Assembly: GCA_051362555.1 (NCBI GenBank)
Contig: CM120642.1
Span: 3,100,001 to 3,164,000, forward strand
Length of the DNA: 64,000 nucleotides
Direction of reading: 5' to 3'
Source: Lingula anatina
Taxonomy: Eukaryota > Animalia > Brachiopoda
Shown: positions 51,197-63,565 of the stretch, piece after piece
Layout of the letters: every line of letters starts with the position of its first letter
Position numbering within the stretch: the first letter of the stretch is position 1
Translations under genes and position numbers: made by a program
The notes under the pieces: model-generated
Seen by the model: only the letters and a program-made list of their open reading frames with translations
Databases searched by the model: none
Told to the model about the DNA's origin: nothing

Positions 51197-53616
51197 CGGT
51201 AAAGTCTTGAAAATTTCGTCGACAGACGATTTTCCGCCGACGTAATTTTTTTCCCTTTGAAAACTTCGTCGACCTTGAAAATGAGGTACTCGATAATTTT
51301 TGAAAAGTTCGTCACCAAATATGGCGGCGTTGTCCTGCTCAAACGTGAAGTAATGCATCAGTTGATTCAAGACAATGATATGATCAGGATATCATTGCCG
51401 ATAACACTCTCAATGGGAGATAGGAACAATAGTGCGCCCCTGCGAGCAGTTACTCACAATATAGATGGTTTAGATGTGAATTCACGTTCTCAATTGCGGG
51501 AACGTCGGCCTTTTGTCTTTAGTTGCATTACTATTACCTGGCTTAAGGTGCGTTATCAAGCCGGCAAATAGAAGTCACAGTCATTTGTAACGCCGTTATT
51601 GTTATCGGCGGCTGTCCTAAATGAGGAAGACACAATGAAAAAATCAAGATATTATCTCGAATGAAATGTACCCGTCACTTCTATTCATGCCCATGTTCAA
51701 TTTAGGACCATTTAACGATTACCTGGCTCGTACATGGAGATCATTCGCAATGCGAATGGGACGAGATGGCAATTTTCATATCTTCAGCGGAGAATCGTTC
51801 GCGTAATATGGTCAACAGATCGTTCGCGATCCAAACGAGACGAGAAGATAATTTTCATATTTGTAGCGGACTCCGTTCGCATAAGATCATCAGCGGGAGA
51901 TCGTTTGCGATTCGAGAGAGACGAAAAGGCAATCTTCATATCTTCAGCGGGAGATCGTCGCGATGTAAGCTTGAATAAAATGCACTTTTCATATTTGTTC
52001 AAGGGAACTTCGTTCGTGGAAGATAGTCAGCAGGAGATCATTATTTTAACCCCCCCCCCTCCCCCTTTGAATTTTATAAATAATATATATTTTTTTATTT
52101 TATCTTTAACCCCCTCTCCCTTCCCCCGCTCACGGCATATCTTCAGCGGAGAATCGTTCGCGTAATATCGTCAAGACTTTGTTCGCGTAAGATCGTCAGA
52201 GGGAGATCGTTCGCGATCCGAGCGAGACGAAAAGGCAATTTTCATATCATCATCGGGAGATCGTTCGCGATGTAAGCAAGAATGAAATGCAATTTTCATA
52301 TTAGTTCAAAGGATTTAGGGAACTTTGTTCGCGGAAGATCGTCAGCGGGAGATTATTTAACCCCCCCCCCCCCACGCACACACACACACACTTTGGATTT
52401 CTAAAAAATATTCATTTTCATTTGATCTTTGATCCGCCCCCCCTTCCCCCGCTCACGGTATATCTTCGGCGGAGAATCGTTCGCGTAATATCCTCAGGAC
52501 TTGGTTCGCGTAAGATCATATCAATGGGAGATCGTTTGCGATCCTAGCTTGACGTAAAGACAATTTTCATATCTTCATCGGGAGATTGTTCGCGATGTAA
52601 GCAATAATAAAATGCAGTTTTCATATTAGTTCAAGGAACTTAGTTTGCGAACGATCGTCAGCGGGAGATCATTATTTTAACCCCGCCTCCCCCTTTGAAT
52701 ATTATAAATAATATATTTATTTAGTTTTATCTTTAACCCCCCTTCCCCGCTCACGGCATATCTTCGGCGAAAAATCGTTTGCGTACTATCGTCAGGACTT
52801 TGTTCGCGTAAAATCGTCAGAGGGAGATCGTTCGCGATCCGAGCGAGACGAAAAGGCAATTTTCATATCTTCTTTGGGAGATCGTCCGCGATGTAAGCAA
52901 GAATGAAATGCAATTTTCATATTAGTTCAAGGGATTTAGGGAACTTCGTTCGCGGAAGATCGTCAGCGGGAGATCGTTCGCGATCCTTGCTAGACGAAAA
53001 GGCAATTTTCACATCTTCATCGGGAGATTGTTCGCGATGTAAGCAACAATAATATGCAGGTTTCATATTAGTTCAAGGAACTTAAATTGCGGAAGATCGT
53101 CAACGGGAGATCATTATTTAACTCCCTGTAAATTTTTAGGAAGTTACAGATGGTATTTTTAGAAGGCCTGACACCCAATCCTGGGAAAAGCCTTGCATGC
53201 AACAAACGTTCCCATGTGCGTAATTTTTTTTAACATGTCGCGTCCAGGTTATGATGCAAGGTTGCAATTACGCTTATCTTGATCCTTCTCCTCTATCAGG
53301 AGGTATGTTTCTTACCGAGAAAATAATTCTCAACCTGTTTTCCGGTACAGTAAGTTAAATATAACTTAATCGAGATGCACTAATAAATAGATTATTATTT
53401 ACCACCAGAAAATGACTTAGGAAGTAGTAATAAATATCCCACCATATAGGAGGGTCAAAGATAACAGTCGCTAAGGATAAAAGCCCAAAGGCCGGATTTT
53501 TGAAAATTTCGTCATACCCAGGAGTCGGGGAGAGGTAATTTTGAAAAATTAGTCGGATTTACTCAATTAAAAATATTAATTAATTTTTAAGCGATGAAAT
53601 TTTCAAGACTTTACCG
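51197..53616. mobile_element. 2.4-kb TA-TSD non-autonomous DNA transposon inserted in the LINE
   Basis: TIR CGGTAAAGTCTTGAAAATTTC(G/A)TCG with TA duplication. Removing it restores the RT frame KTNML-ALNDGKTE. Internal CpG-rich degenerate tandem repeats at ~51770-53120. Confidence 0.88.
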
Positions 53617-53964
53617 TAGCACTAAATGATGGAAAAACTGAACTAATATGGTTTACATCAAGGTCTAAGCCAGACAGGGGAAATGAAATGAAATCTGATA
53701 TTTGTATCGGTGGTGTCAACATCAATCCATCTAGCTATGTGAAAGATTTAGGTGTCACCTTTGATCAGTATGCAACTATGGATAGACGGATCTCTGAAAT
53801 TTGCAAATCGGCATCATACTCACTTTGGCGAATTAGTAAGATACGTGACTTACTGGACAAAACTTCAACTGAAAAACTAGTCCATGCTTTCATTACTTCT
53901 AAGCTTGATTATTGCAACAGTCTCTTATATGGTTTGGGCAAAAATCATCTGAACAAACTTCAAT

Positions 53965-56577
53965 AAGGTCGCGCGTCAAGGTTATTTTCAGTTGCACCCT
54001 GGATTATGCACGCTTGCTCCGCAAGGTGTCGCCTGTGGTGGGGGGGCATCACAGCCCATATGGTTACTGTGGGCGAAGGTGACAGGTACTTCCAAACATT
54101 TTTTCATAACTGTCATTTTTCCTTATTCTATTCATGAATTTGATATTTACGGCAATTGAAAATGTGGCACCGGCAAAAGTGAATCTAGGTGCGTTGACAG
54201 GCCGCACAGGTGTCCCCAATTAACCGCCGCCAGAGAAGAGACCCCAAGCATTAAACAACACAACCGGTAGATATTGGAAATTTGGAGAAAGTTAAGCAAC
54301 TGAGGCTTTATTAGATTTGGACAGAAATCGGGGGTAATGCCCAGTGACATGCCAAACCCCTAAGTTCAAGTCTTGGCCCTTGACACCTGTAACGCACCCC
54401 TTAGTCAAGAATCTGAACAAATCAATGTTGGGCAGGTACAGGGTATACTCTATTTTCTACTGGTGTTTTGTGATTTTATCAACTTGATTGTCAAGTGCCA
54501 GACCTTTTGTTCTCAGATACTAGTAGCAAACTTTATCAGATAACAATCTGACACTAACCAAGCTGCACTAACAGCGCTGTAAACCCAGTTATCAATGCTG
54601 TCATCTTTACCTGTATCTTTACCGGTATTATGCCAGTGGTACTGTTTGATACATTTGAGTAAGGAAATATGCTTTTATGCTTACATTCATTTGTAATACG
54701 TTAGCATCAACCTGTTAATAAAAACTTGGAAACTTTCAATGTTATTACACAATAACAGTATAATGATGGGAGATGTTATGATTAAATGCTTAGAAGAATG
54801 ATAAAAACAAATTATGTGAAATATAAAATGAATTGATTTTATTTGGGTTATTTATTTATTTATTTCAAACCAATTAATTATCAAACATGAAGCTTATTTT
54901 AAGAAACATTCGCAGATATATGAAATATAACCCTGCTGGTACACAGATCTACAGTTCTAAAATGCAAATACCAAGTACCTTTCACACACCACTGATGAGA
55001 TGTGAATAATCATATGTATAAAGTAGTAAAAATATCACAAAATGTGTGTAAGCAAGATATTTCTACAAGTAACCTCATTAATCAGTCAGGAAACTTCATA
55101 ATGCACCCAATAAATGTAGAAATTTGAGCCAGAGAAATTCTACATACAGGCATGACAGATTTACCATATATTGCCATCAAACCTTAACTGAATGGGCATA
55201 GAAAGAACAAAGTGAGTCTCCCTCCCATTAAAAATGAGAAATAAAAATAAATAAATAAATAACAGATACTGTCATTCTTAATACTGAAAAACAATGGCAC
55301 CTTGCAGCCTTCACTGCCTCACTATTTGCAGACAATGTTCTAGTCACTGGAACTGTGTACTTTTGATGAGGCATAGATGCAAGAATAACTTCTTTGAAGT
55401 ATATTGTGAAGGTCTCTTTTGTCATAAATCTGCCATGTATAACCAGAATGAACATATTGCGATTCACACCGCAGCAGCTTGTCTTAGTAAGGACTCAACC
55501 AAATTGAAAACTTGTGGCATAGCTTCAGGGACAAGATCACACCATCTATCCTTGCTGTGATGATGGATCTACTAGTACATTATCTATGTCTTGTCCTCCT
55601 AGTTTCTCTAATACCATTTCCGCTGATCTATATGCTCACATCAATCTCTACAGCTTTACCAACTGCTACACAGTTTTTACATCTGAAAGTATAAAGCAAA
55701 AATTGTAATAAAGCACTATCAATTTACTTATTAGATATTGATTCGAGGGCAAGAGAAAAATGCAGAAACCTCATATGATAATCAAGATAATTGAAAATCA
55801 AATATGCATAATCAAATTAATAGCTTTAATTGTACATACTACTGATGATTTAACCTTTTAAACTTCAGCATAAATTTCTCTTGTTAAAGCATAGACACTT
55901 TATTAAAATGTGCTTGAACAAATAATAATAATAATAAACAACCTGCACACAAGATGGAACATGGAGGTCAATTGCCACAAAATAAGTTGATTTGTACTTG
56001 GTAGCCTGAGAAATAGTATCAGGTATTAATTTGAGCAGTAAATTGAGTAATAATACCACCGAGTTAACAATGACACAAGCATATGGTGTTGTGTAACAAA
56101 ATTCATGCATTACTTGCTGTGGCAGTGTCCTCCCCAACCTATCATGCACCGCAGGTTTTGATTTTCAATGTCATCAAAAATGTTTATTGTTGTTAGTTTG
56201 ATTTACGTATCTGCTATTCAAATAATATCGTTTGGAAAATAACTAACTCATTTAATTATGCTTTTGCAACATGAAATCATCATTAACTTTGCCGGTTCAC
56301 GTGTATACAGTACCTTGCTATCAGTGCTGCTCTTTTCTCCCTAACTCGTCACTGACAGGCTAACCACATCGTTTCATAACAACGCTGGTATGCTCCTTTA
56401 CTTTTGGTGTTGGCAGTTTCGCCCCGGGGACATCGTTTTTGGTTAAAAACAACGTATCGTTTTCACCCATCTATACATTGCTCCTGTACAATATGGCCGC
56501 TTGCTGCCCCCCCAAGGGAAAAATCGTAGCACGTGGGTAGTTACGCAAGACCTGTGACGTATAACGCGCGCAAGGTT
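53965..56577. mobile_element. 2.6-kb decayed DNA transposon (ISL2EU-like?) inserted in the LINE
   Basis: Removing it together with one AT copy restores NKLQ-LIQNSAARLV. Ends are imperfect inverted repeats. A minus-strand relic, ILASMPHQKYTVPVTRTLSANSEAVKAARCH (~55290-55400), resembles the lead-in to SWIM fingers of transposon accessory proteins. Confidence 0.7.
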
Positions 56578-57297
56578 ATTAATTCAAAATTCTGCAGCTA
56601 GGCTGGTAACTAAAATGGGATGGAACAGCCGAGAGCATATAACACCTGTTTTGATGGAACTTCACTGGCTTCCAGTAAGAGAGAGAATTTTATTTAAAAT
56701 TTTATGTGTCATTTTTAAAGCAGTCACTGAGAATAAACCACTTTATATCTCAGAACTTATGAAGCAACATCAGCATGGAAGAGTTACCAGGTCTTCAACT
56801 TTTAGTCATTTACTTTTAGAACACAGTGTCTTAGAGAAAAAAGCTGGTAAATTTTACGGTGAAAGGGCATTTATGATATATGCACCCAAAGTTTGGAACA
56901 CCTTACCCTCTGAAATACGAGCAGCAGGTGACATAGATACTTTTAAAAAGCTTTTGAAAACTCATATTTTTAGAATAGCCTATCAGTAAATATCATATAG
57001 TTCATTTTAGTTTTTAATAAGGTGTACTGTAATTTTATGATTAATTTTAAATGTTGTCACTTTAGGTTCTTATCATTTTAGAATATGAATAATTGTTTCT
57101 TTAAATTAGTTCTTAGTCCTTTAAAATTGTAATGTGTTCTTATATTAGTATTGTGTTATTTAGCTCTTTTAAGTGAATGTTGTAAGGCGCATTGAGATTT
57201 TTAATGGAATGCGCCATAGAAAAATAAATTATTATTATTATTATTATTATTATTACTTCAAGCATATTTCTGTCATACACATGTTTCATAATTCTTG

Positions 57298-60200
57298 CTA
57301 GTTGGTGCTGTCTTTTACACGCCATGCTCTTAAAGAAGATGGCAGACTTTCTCGTCCATGAACTTTGATATGTTGGCATGTCAAGTCTGACATAATTTCC
57401 CAGCCCGTAAGTGAAAGATCACCTGATTCATGGTATTGAAGCAACTTTTCCAATGCCTTCATTGAAAGGGATTTGTCTTTTTCAAAGATGCTTTTCCATG
57501 TAGTCATTTCCCTGTCTTCACTTGTTTTCAATTCTAATGGTTTTCTATTAGAAGTGTTAAAATAAGAACTTTGAGAAGTCAAGAAGTGTATAAAAATTTC
57601 AGTTATGGTTAGCATTATGTCCATATGATATGAATAAGCACCTAGACTTATTCCATGTACTTGTACATGCTGTGACAGCACATCTAGGAATATTGATTCT
57701 GGGATGTCCTTAATAGTGTGAGGTTGGCAAAACTGGTTCAGAACACATTCTGATGTGAACTCGTCTTTGGCTAAGATATCCATGCAACTTAACTGCTCTG
57801 TCTCAGTAATGTTCTTGTTTGTGAAATAATATTGTAACAGAATCACAGTTTTCCCTTCTGCAGATTTGTAAGAACTCCGATGGACCTCTGCATGCTGTGA
57901 CAGCACATCAAGAAACAATGTCTTCTCCACTTCTGTTAGAGTTCTAGTGTTGTGGGTCTGGTGAAGTTGCTTAAGCACTTCCTCAGATGCCCATAAATCG
58001 TTGGCTAAGATTTCCATACATTTTGACTGATCTGAGTCAGTGATGTCATTGCTTGTTAAGAAATATTGCAACAGAATCACTGCATTTCCTTCTGCAGCAG
58101 GGAAACATCTACCGTGGACTTTTGCATGCTGTGACAGCACATCCAGAAACAATGTCCTCTCCACTGCTGACAGATTTCTGGTGGTATGGGTCTGGTAAAG
58201 TTGTTTAAGTATTTCCTCAGAAGTCCACCTATCCTTAGCTAAGATTTTCATATATTCTGACTGATCTGAGTCAGTGAAGGCATTGCTTGTTAAGAAATAT
58301 TGCAACAAAATCACAGCATTTCCTTTGGCAGCAGAAATACAGCTACTGTGGACATCTGCATGCTGTGACAGCACATTAAAAAACAATGTCCTCTCCACAG
58401 CTGACAGATTTCTGGTGGTATGGCTCTGGTAAAGTTGTTTGAGCACTTCCTCAGATGCCCATGAATCCCTAGCTAAAACTTTCATACATTCTGTGTAATC
58501 TGAGTCAGTGGTGACGATTGTTGACAAAAAATGCAACAAAATCACAGCATTTCCTTTTACAGCAGAAATACAGCTACCGTGGACCTCTTCATGCTGTGAC
58601 AGTACATTCAAAAACAATGTTCTCTCCACTGCTGACAAGGTTCTATTCGTATGGGTCTGGTAAAGTAGCTTCAGCAATGCCTCAGATGCCCATCCTTTTA
58701 GAGTTCTAGTGTTGTGGGTCTGGTTAAGTTGCTGGAGCACTTCTTTAGATGTGGCTTTATCCTTGGCTAAGATTTGCATACATTTTGACTGCTCTAATTC
58801 AGTGATGTCATTGCTTGTTAAGAAGTATTGCAACAGAATCACAGCATTTCCTTCTGCAGCAGAATGACATCTACCATGGAATTCAGCATGCTGTGACAGC
58901 ACATTCAAAAACAATGTTCTCTGCACTGCTGACAAGGTTCTATTGGTATGGGTCTGGTAAAGTAGCTTCAGCAAAGCCTCAGATTCCCGTGCATCTTTGG
59001 CTAAGATTTTCATACATTTTGACTGCTTTGAGTCAGTGATGTCATTTTGTGTTAAAAAACACTGCAACAGAATCACAGTCTTTCTTTCTAGAGCAGGGAA
59101 ATATCTACTATGGTCCTCTGCATGCATTGACAGCACATCCAGAAACAATGTCTTCTCCACTGCTGACAGGGTTCTAGATTTGTGGGTCTGGTTAAGTTGC
59201 TGGAGCACTTCTTCAGATGTGGCTTCATCCTTGGCTAAGATTTGCATACATTCTGACTGCTCGAATTCAGTAATGTCTTTGCTTGTTAAGAAGTATTGCA
59301 ACAGAATCACAGCATTTTCTTCTGCAGCAGAATAACATGCACCATGGACCTCAGCATGCTGTGACAGCACATCAAGAAACAATGTCTTCTCCACTGCTGA
59401 CAGGGTTCTAGATTTGTGGGTCTGGTTAAGTTGCTGGAGCACTTCTTCAGATGTGGCTTCATCCTTGGCTAAGATTTGCATACATTCTGACTGCTCGAAT
59501 TCAGTAATGTCTTTGCTTGTTAAGAAGTATTGCAACAGAATCACAGCATTTTCTTCTGCAGCAGAATAACATGCACCATGGACCTCAGCATGCTGTGACA
59601 GCACATCAAGAAACAATGTCTTCTCCACTGCTGACAGGGTTCTAGATTTGTGGGTCTGGTTAAGTTGCTGGAGCACTTCTTCAGATGTGGCTTCATCCTT
59701 GGCTAAGATTTGCATACATTCTGACTGCTCGAATTCAGTAATGTCTTTGCTTGTTAAGAAGTATTGCAACAGAATCACAGCATTTTCTTCTGCAGCAGAA
59801 TAACATGTACCATGGACCTCAGCATGCTGTGACAGCACATCAAGAAACAATGTCTTCTCCACTGCTGACAGGGTTCTAGGTTTGTGGGTCTGGTTAAGTT
59901 GCTGGAGCACTTCTTCAGATGTGGCTGCATCCTTGGCTAAGATTTGCATACATTCTGACTGCTCGAATTCAGTAATGTCTTTGCTTGTTAAGAAGTATTG
60001 CAACAGAATCACAGCATTTCCTTCTTCAGCTGAATGATATCTACCATGGACCTCAGCATGCTGTGACAGCACATCCAGAAACAATGTCTTCTCCACTACT
60101 GACAGGGTTCTAGTGTTGTGGGTCTGGTAAAGTTGTTTGAGCACCTCTTCAGATGTTCTCCAACACTTGGCTAAGATTTTCATACATTTTAACTGCTTTG

Positions 60201-62555
60201 AGTCAGTGATGTCATTTTGTGTTAAAAAACACTGCAACAGAATCACAGCATTTCCTTTTGCAGCAGAATAACATGAACCATGGACCTCAGCATGCTGTGA
60301 CAGCACATCCAGAAACAATGTCTTCTCCACTACTGACAGGGTTCTAGTGTTGTGGGTCTGGTAAAGTTGTTTGAGCACCTCTTCAGATGTTCTCCAACAC
60401 TTGGCTAAGATTTTCATACATTTTAACTGCTTTGAGTCAGTGATGTCATTTTGTGTTAAAAAACACTGCAACAGAATCACAGCATTTCCTTCTGCAGCAG
60501 AATAACATGTACCATGGACCTCAGCATGCTGTGACAGCACATCCAGAAACAATGTCTTCTCCACTGCTGACAGGGTTCTAGATTTGTGGGTCTGGTTAAG
60601 TTGATGGAGCACACCTTTAGATAAGGCTTCATCCTTGGCTAAGAATTGCATACATTTTGACTGCTCTAATTCAGTAATGTCTTTGTGTGTTAAGAAGTAT
60701 TGCAACAGAATCACAGCATTTCCTTTTGCAGCAAAAAAACATGTACCATGGACCTCAGCATGCTGTGACAGCACATCCAGAAACAATGTCTTCTCCACTG
60801 CTGACAGGGCTCTAGTGGTATGTGTCTGGTAAAGTTGTTTGAGCACCTCTTCAGATGTTCTCCGATACTTGGCTAAGATTTTCATACATTTTAACTGCTT
60901 TGAGTCAGTGATGTCATTTTGTGTTAAAATACACTGCAACAGAATCACAGCATTTCCTTCTGCAGCAGAATAACATGTACCATGGACCTCAGCATGCTGT
61001 GACAGCACATCCAGAAACAATGTCTTCTCCACTGCTGACAGGGTTCTAGATTTGTGGGTCTGGTTAAGTTGATGGAGCACACCTTTAGATAAGGCTTCAT
61101 CCTTGGCTAAGGATTGCATACATTTTGACTGCTCTATTTCAGTAATGTCTTTGCTTGTTAAGAAATACCGCAACAGAATCACAGCATATCCTTCTGCAGC
61201 AGAATAACATCTACCATGGACCTCAGCATGCTGTGACAGCACATCCAGAAACAATGTCTTCTCCACTGCTGACAGGGTTCTAGATTTGTGGGTCTGGTTA
61301 AGTTGATGGAGCACACCTTTAGATAAGGCTTCATCCTTGGCTAAGGATTGCATACATTTTGACTGCTCTAATTCAGTAATGTCTTTGTGTGTTAAGAAGT
61401 ATTGCAACAGAATCACAGCATTTCCTTCTGCAGCAAAAAAACATGTACCATGGACCTCAGCATGCTGTGACAGCACATCCAGAAACAATGTCTTCTCCAC
61501 TGCTGACAGGGCTCTAGTGTTGTGGGTCTGGTAAAGTTGTTTGAGCACCTCTTCAGATGTTCTCCGATACTTGGCTAAGATTTTCATACATTTTAACTGC
61601 TTTGAGTCAGTGATGTCATTTTGTGTTAAAAAACACTGCAACAGAATCACAGCATTTTCTTCTTCAGCAGAATAACATCTACCATGGACCTCAGCATGCT
61701 GTGACAGCACATCCAGAAATAACCTCCTCTCCACTGCTGACAGGATTCTAGTGTTATGGGTCTGGTAAAGATGATTGAGTACTTTTTTAATTATCTCCTT
61801 GCAATTGGTTAATACTTTCTTTGACTTATTAATCTTTATACAGGGCTTTAGTTTTGCAGATCTTCTGTCCTGAATCTGCAGCAGACTATAGTCAGCAAGA
61901 CCTTCTTCGATTTTTTGAAGAACAAACTTCAGCAAGGTTGTGTTTCTAGCAAGAATTTTAAGAATGTTTGTCTTTTTTCTCTCGTTGTTTCTTAGTTGCT
62001 TTGTAAAGATATCAGCAATGGCTTGCCAGGTTTGAAGCTCTCCTTTAGGTGTTTGTGACAGAAGTTTCCAGTTTTCACTTAAATGTAATGTATTATCTCC
62101 TTCACCATTATGCAGCAGTTCTAACAGCTCTGTATTTAGAAGACTGGCAAAAGCTTTATGAAGGGAGGCAAGTTTCAAAATTTTTTGCTTCAAATTTCTG
62201 CACACTTTTGCATTTTTAACTGAATCACAGCCTACACAAAGAAGCATGGAAGCAAGTTTTTTCTGCTCATCTTTCTTTACTTTTGTAAAAAGTTCAGGAG
62301 AAGGTTCAAGTAATTTTACAATATCCTCCACATGCTTCTTATCTGCTGGAGTGTTTTTTGATGAAAGCAAAGACTGGAGCTTCACTATGTGGAGTGATTT
62401 TTCATTTTCAGGACTTGGTTTAGTATTCATAGAGTTTGTAGTTTCATCAGCTTCACTGTCATGATAAAGATCAACTTCTACATAACTACATGTATTGGCC
62501 TCTCCCTTTTTTAGCCATGCTTGGTAGGTCTGGTCACTCTGGTGTTCATTTTCAT
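57298..62555 (-). CDS. Giant terminal exon of the nested gene (unit C): ~1750 aa, N-terminal helical region + ~18x78-aa repeats + cap; upstream exons off-window
   Basis: Uninterrupted ORF. Acceptor CAG at 62558-62556 is homologous to the acceptor at 22330-22328. Repeat consensus [78 protein letters not shown]. Paralogous to 16449-22327. Confidence 0.9.
57650..61790 (-). repeat. Coding tandem repeat, 234-bp unit (~18 units)
   Basis: Same unit as 16800-21550, with all units in frame. Confidence 0.95.
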
Positions 62556-62999
62556 CTGAAGAAATTGTATTGTTATCCATCACAAGTGCATAGATAATAT
62601 TTATTATCCCAAGATAAAATTGAGAAAAAATAGTATGGCCTTTTGTATAAGCATGTTTGAGTTCTAATCTTTATATAAAAACAAGGCAGCAAAGCTGTCA
62701 AATGTACAGACAAAAAGCAGAAAATAACAATGCACAAAAAAAAAAAAAAAAAAAAAATGCCAATATACGAAAAAATCAAATTTTCACAAAAAATGAATAA
62801 CTTCTAGAAAAACTAGAGGATCAGAGAGGCGATACCGCCTCCGAATATTGTACCACCAGCTGGAGTAAGCGCGATCGTATAGACCCCACACACACAAAAA
62901 AGGATACCAACACCAGTCTTATGCTTGACAAGTTGTAAAAAATGCAATCAACAAGAATTCTCAAAATATGCAAAAAATATATATAACTAAAAATGGTAC

Positions 63000-63565
63000 A
63001 AAGTTCAGTTCATAGTAAGGTAGGTCAAAGATCAATTTCAAGGTCACAGTAAATTTCCAGTATATGACTTCCTATTCAAGTTCAATAGCAACTATGGACC
63101 TATCTCTGCCAGTTTTGGAGATAAAGGGAACCAAAATTTGCAAAGATCAATTCGTGATGAAAAGTAGGTCAAAGGTCAATTTCAAGGTCACAGTAAATTG
63201 CCTCTGATGACTTTCTATTCAAATTCAATAGTAACTATGGGCGTATCTCTGCCAGTTTTGAAAATAAAAGCATTAAAAAGTTGCAAAGTTCAGTTTATGG
63301 TGTAAAGTAGGTCAAAGGTCAATTTCAAGGTCACATTTAGATTGCCAGTACATGACTTCCTATTCAAGTTCAATAGTAACTATGGACCTATCTCTGCCAG
63401 TTTTTGAGATAATAGGGCACCAAAATTTGCAAAGTTCAATTCATAATGAAAAGTAGGTCAAAGGTCAATTTCAAAGTCACATTTAGATTGCCAGTATATG
63501 ACTTCCTATTCAAGTTCAATAGTAACTATGGACCTATCTCTGCCAGTTTTGGAGATATAAGGGAC
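63000..63565. repeat. ~120-bp tandem repeat x~5 rich in AGGTCA, likely part of an interspersed element in the nested-gene intron
   Basis: Unit aaaagtaggtcaaaggtcaatttcaaggtcaca...tgacttcctattcaagttcaatagtaactatggacctatctctgccagttttggagata. No counterpart in the short homologous intron 22328-22521. Confidence 0.8.

Larger units (their letters stand above)
50697..57252 (+). mobile_element. 5'-truncated, decayed L2/CR1-group LINE (reverse transcriptase) split into three pieces by two DNA transposons
   Basis: RT motifs FRxGHSTETALLRVHNDI, LLDLSAAFDTIDH, GVPQGSVLGPLLF, FADDTQIY (50697-51196); ALNDGKTE, KDLGVTFD, LVHAFITSKLDYCNSLL (53619-53964); QNSAARLV, HITPVLMELHWLPVRERI, WNTLP (56580-56989). 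3' gcgcatt..aatgcgc stem-loop and (TAT)n tail. Flanking direct repeat ttacttca. Confidence 0.93.

Noticed and set aside
62556-62583. ORF-track start MMDNNTISS for the 1761-aa ORF
   Set aside because: It lies upstream of a splice acceptor conserved in unit B, where the homologous stretch is intronic. The ORF is a terminal exon, not a stand-alone gene.
63000-63565. Clustered DR1 nuclear-receptor elements (AGGTCAaAGGTCA) as an enhancer
   Set aside because: Part of a tandem repeat typical of interspersed elements and absent from the paralogous intron. No evidence of function.
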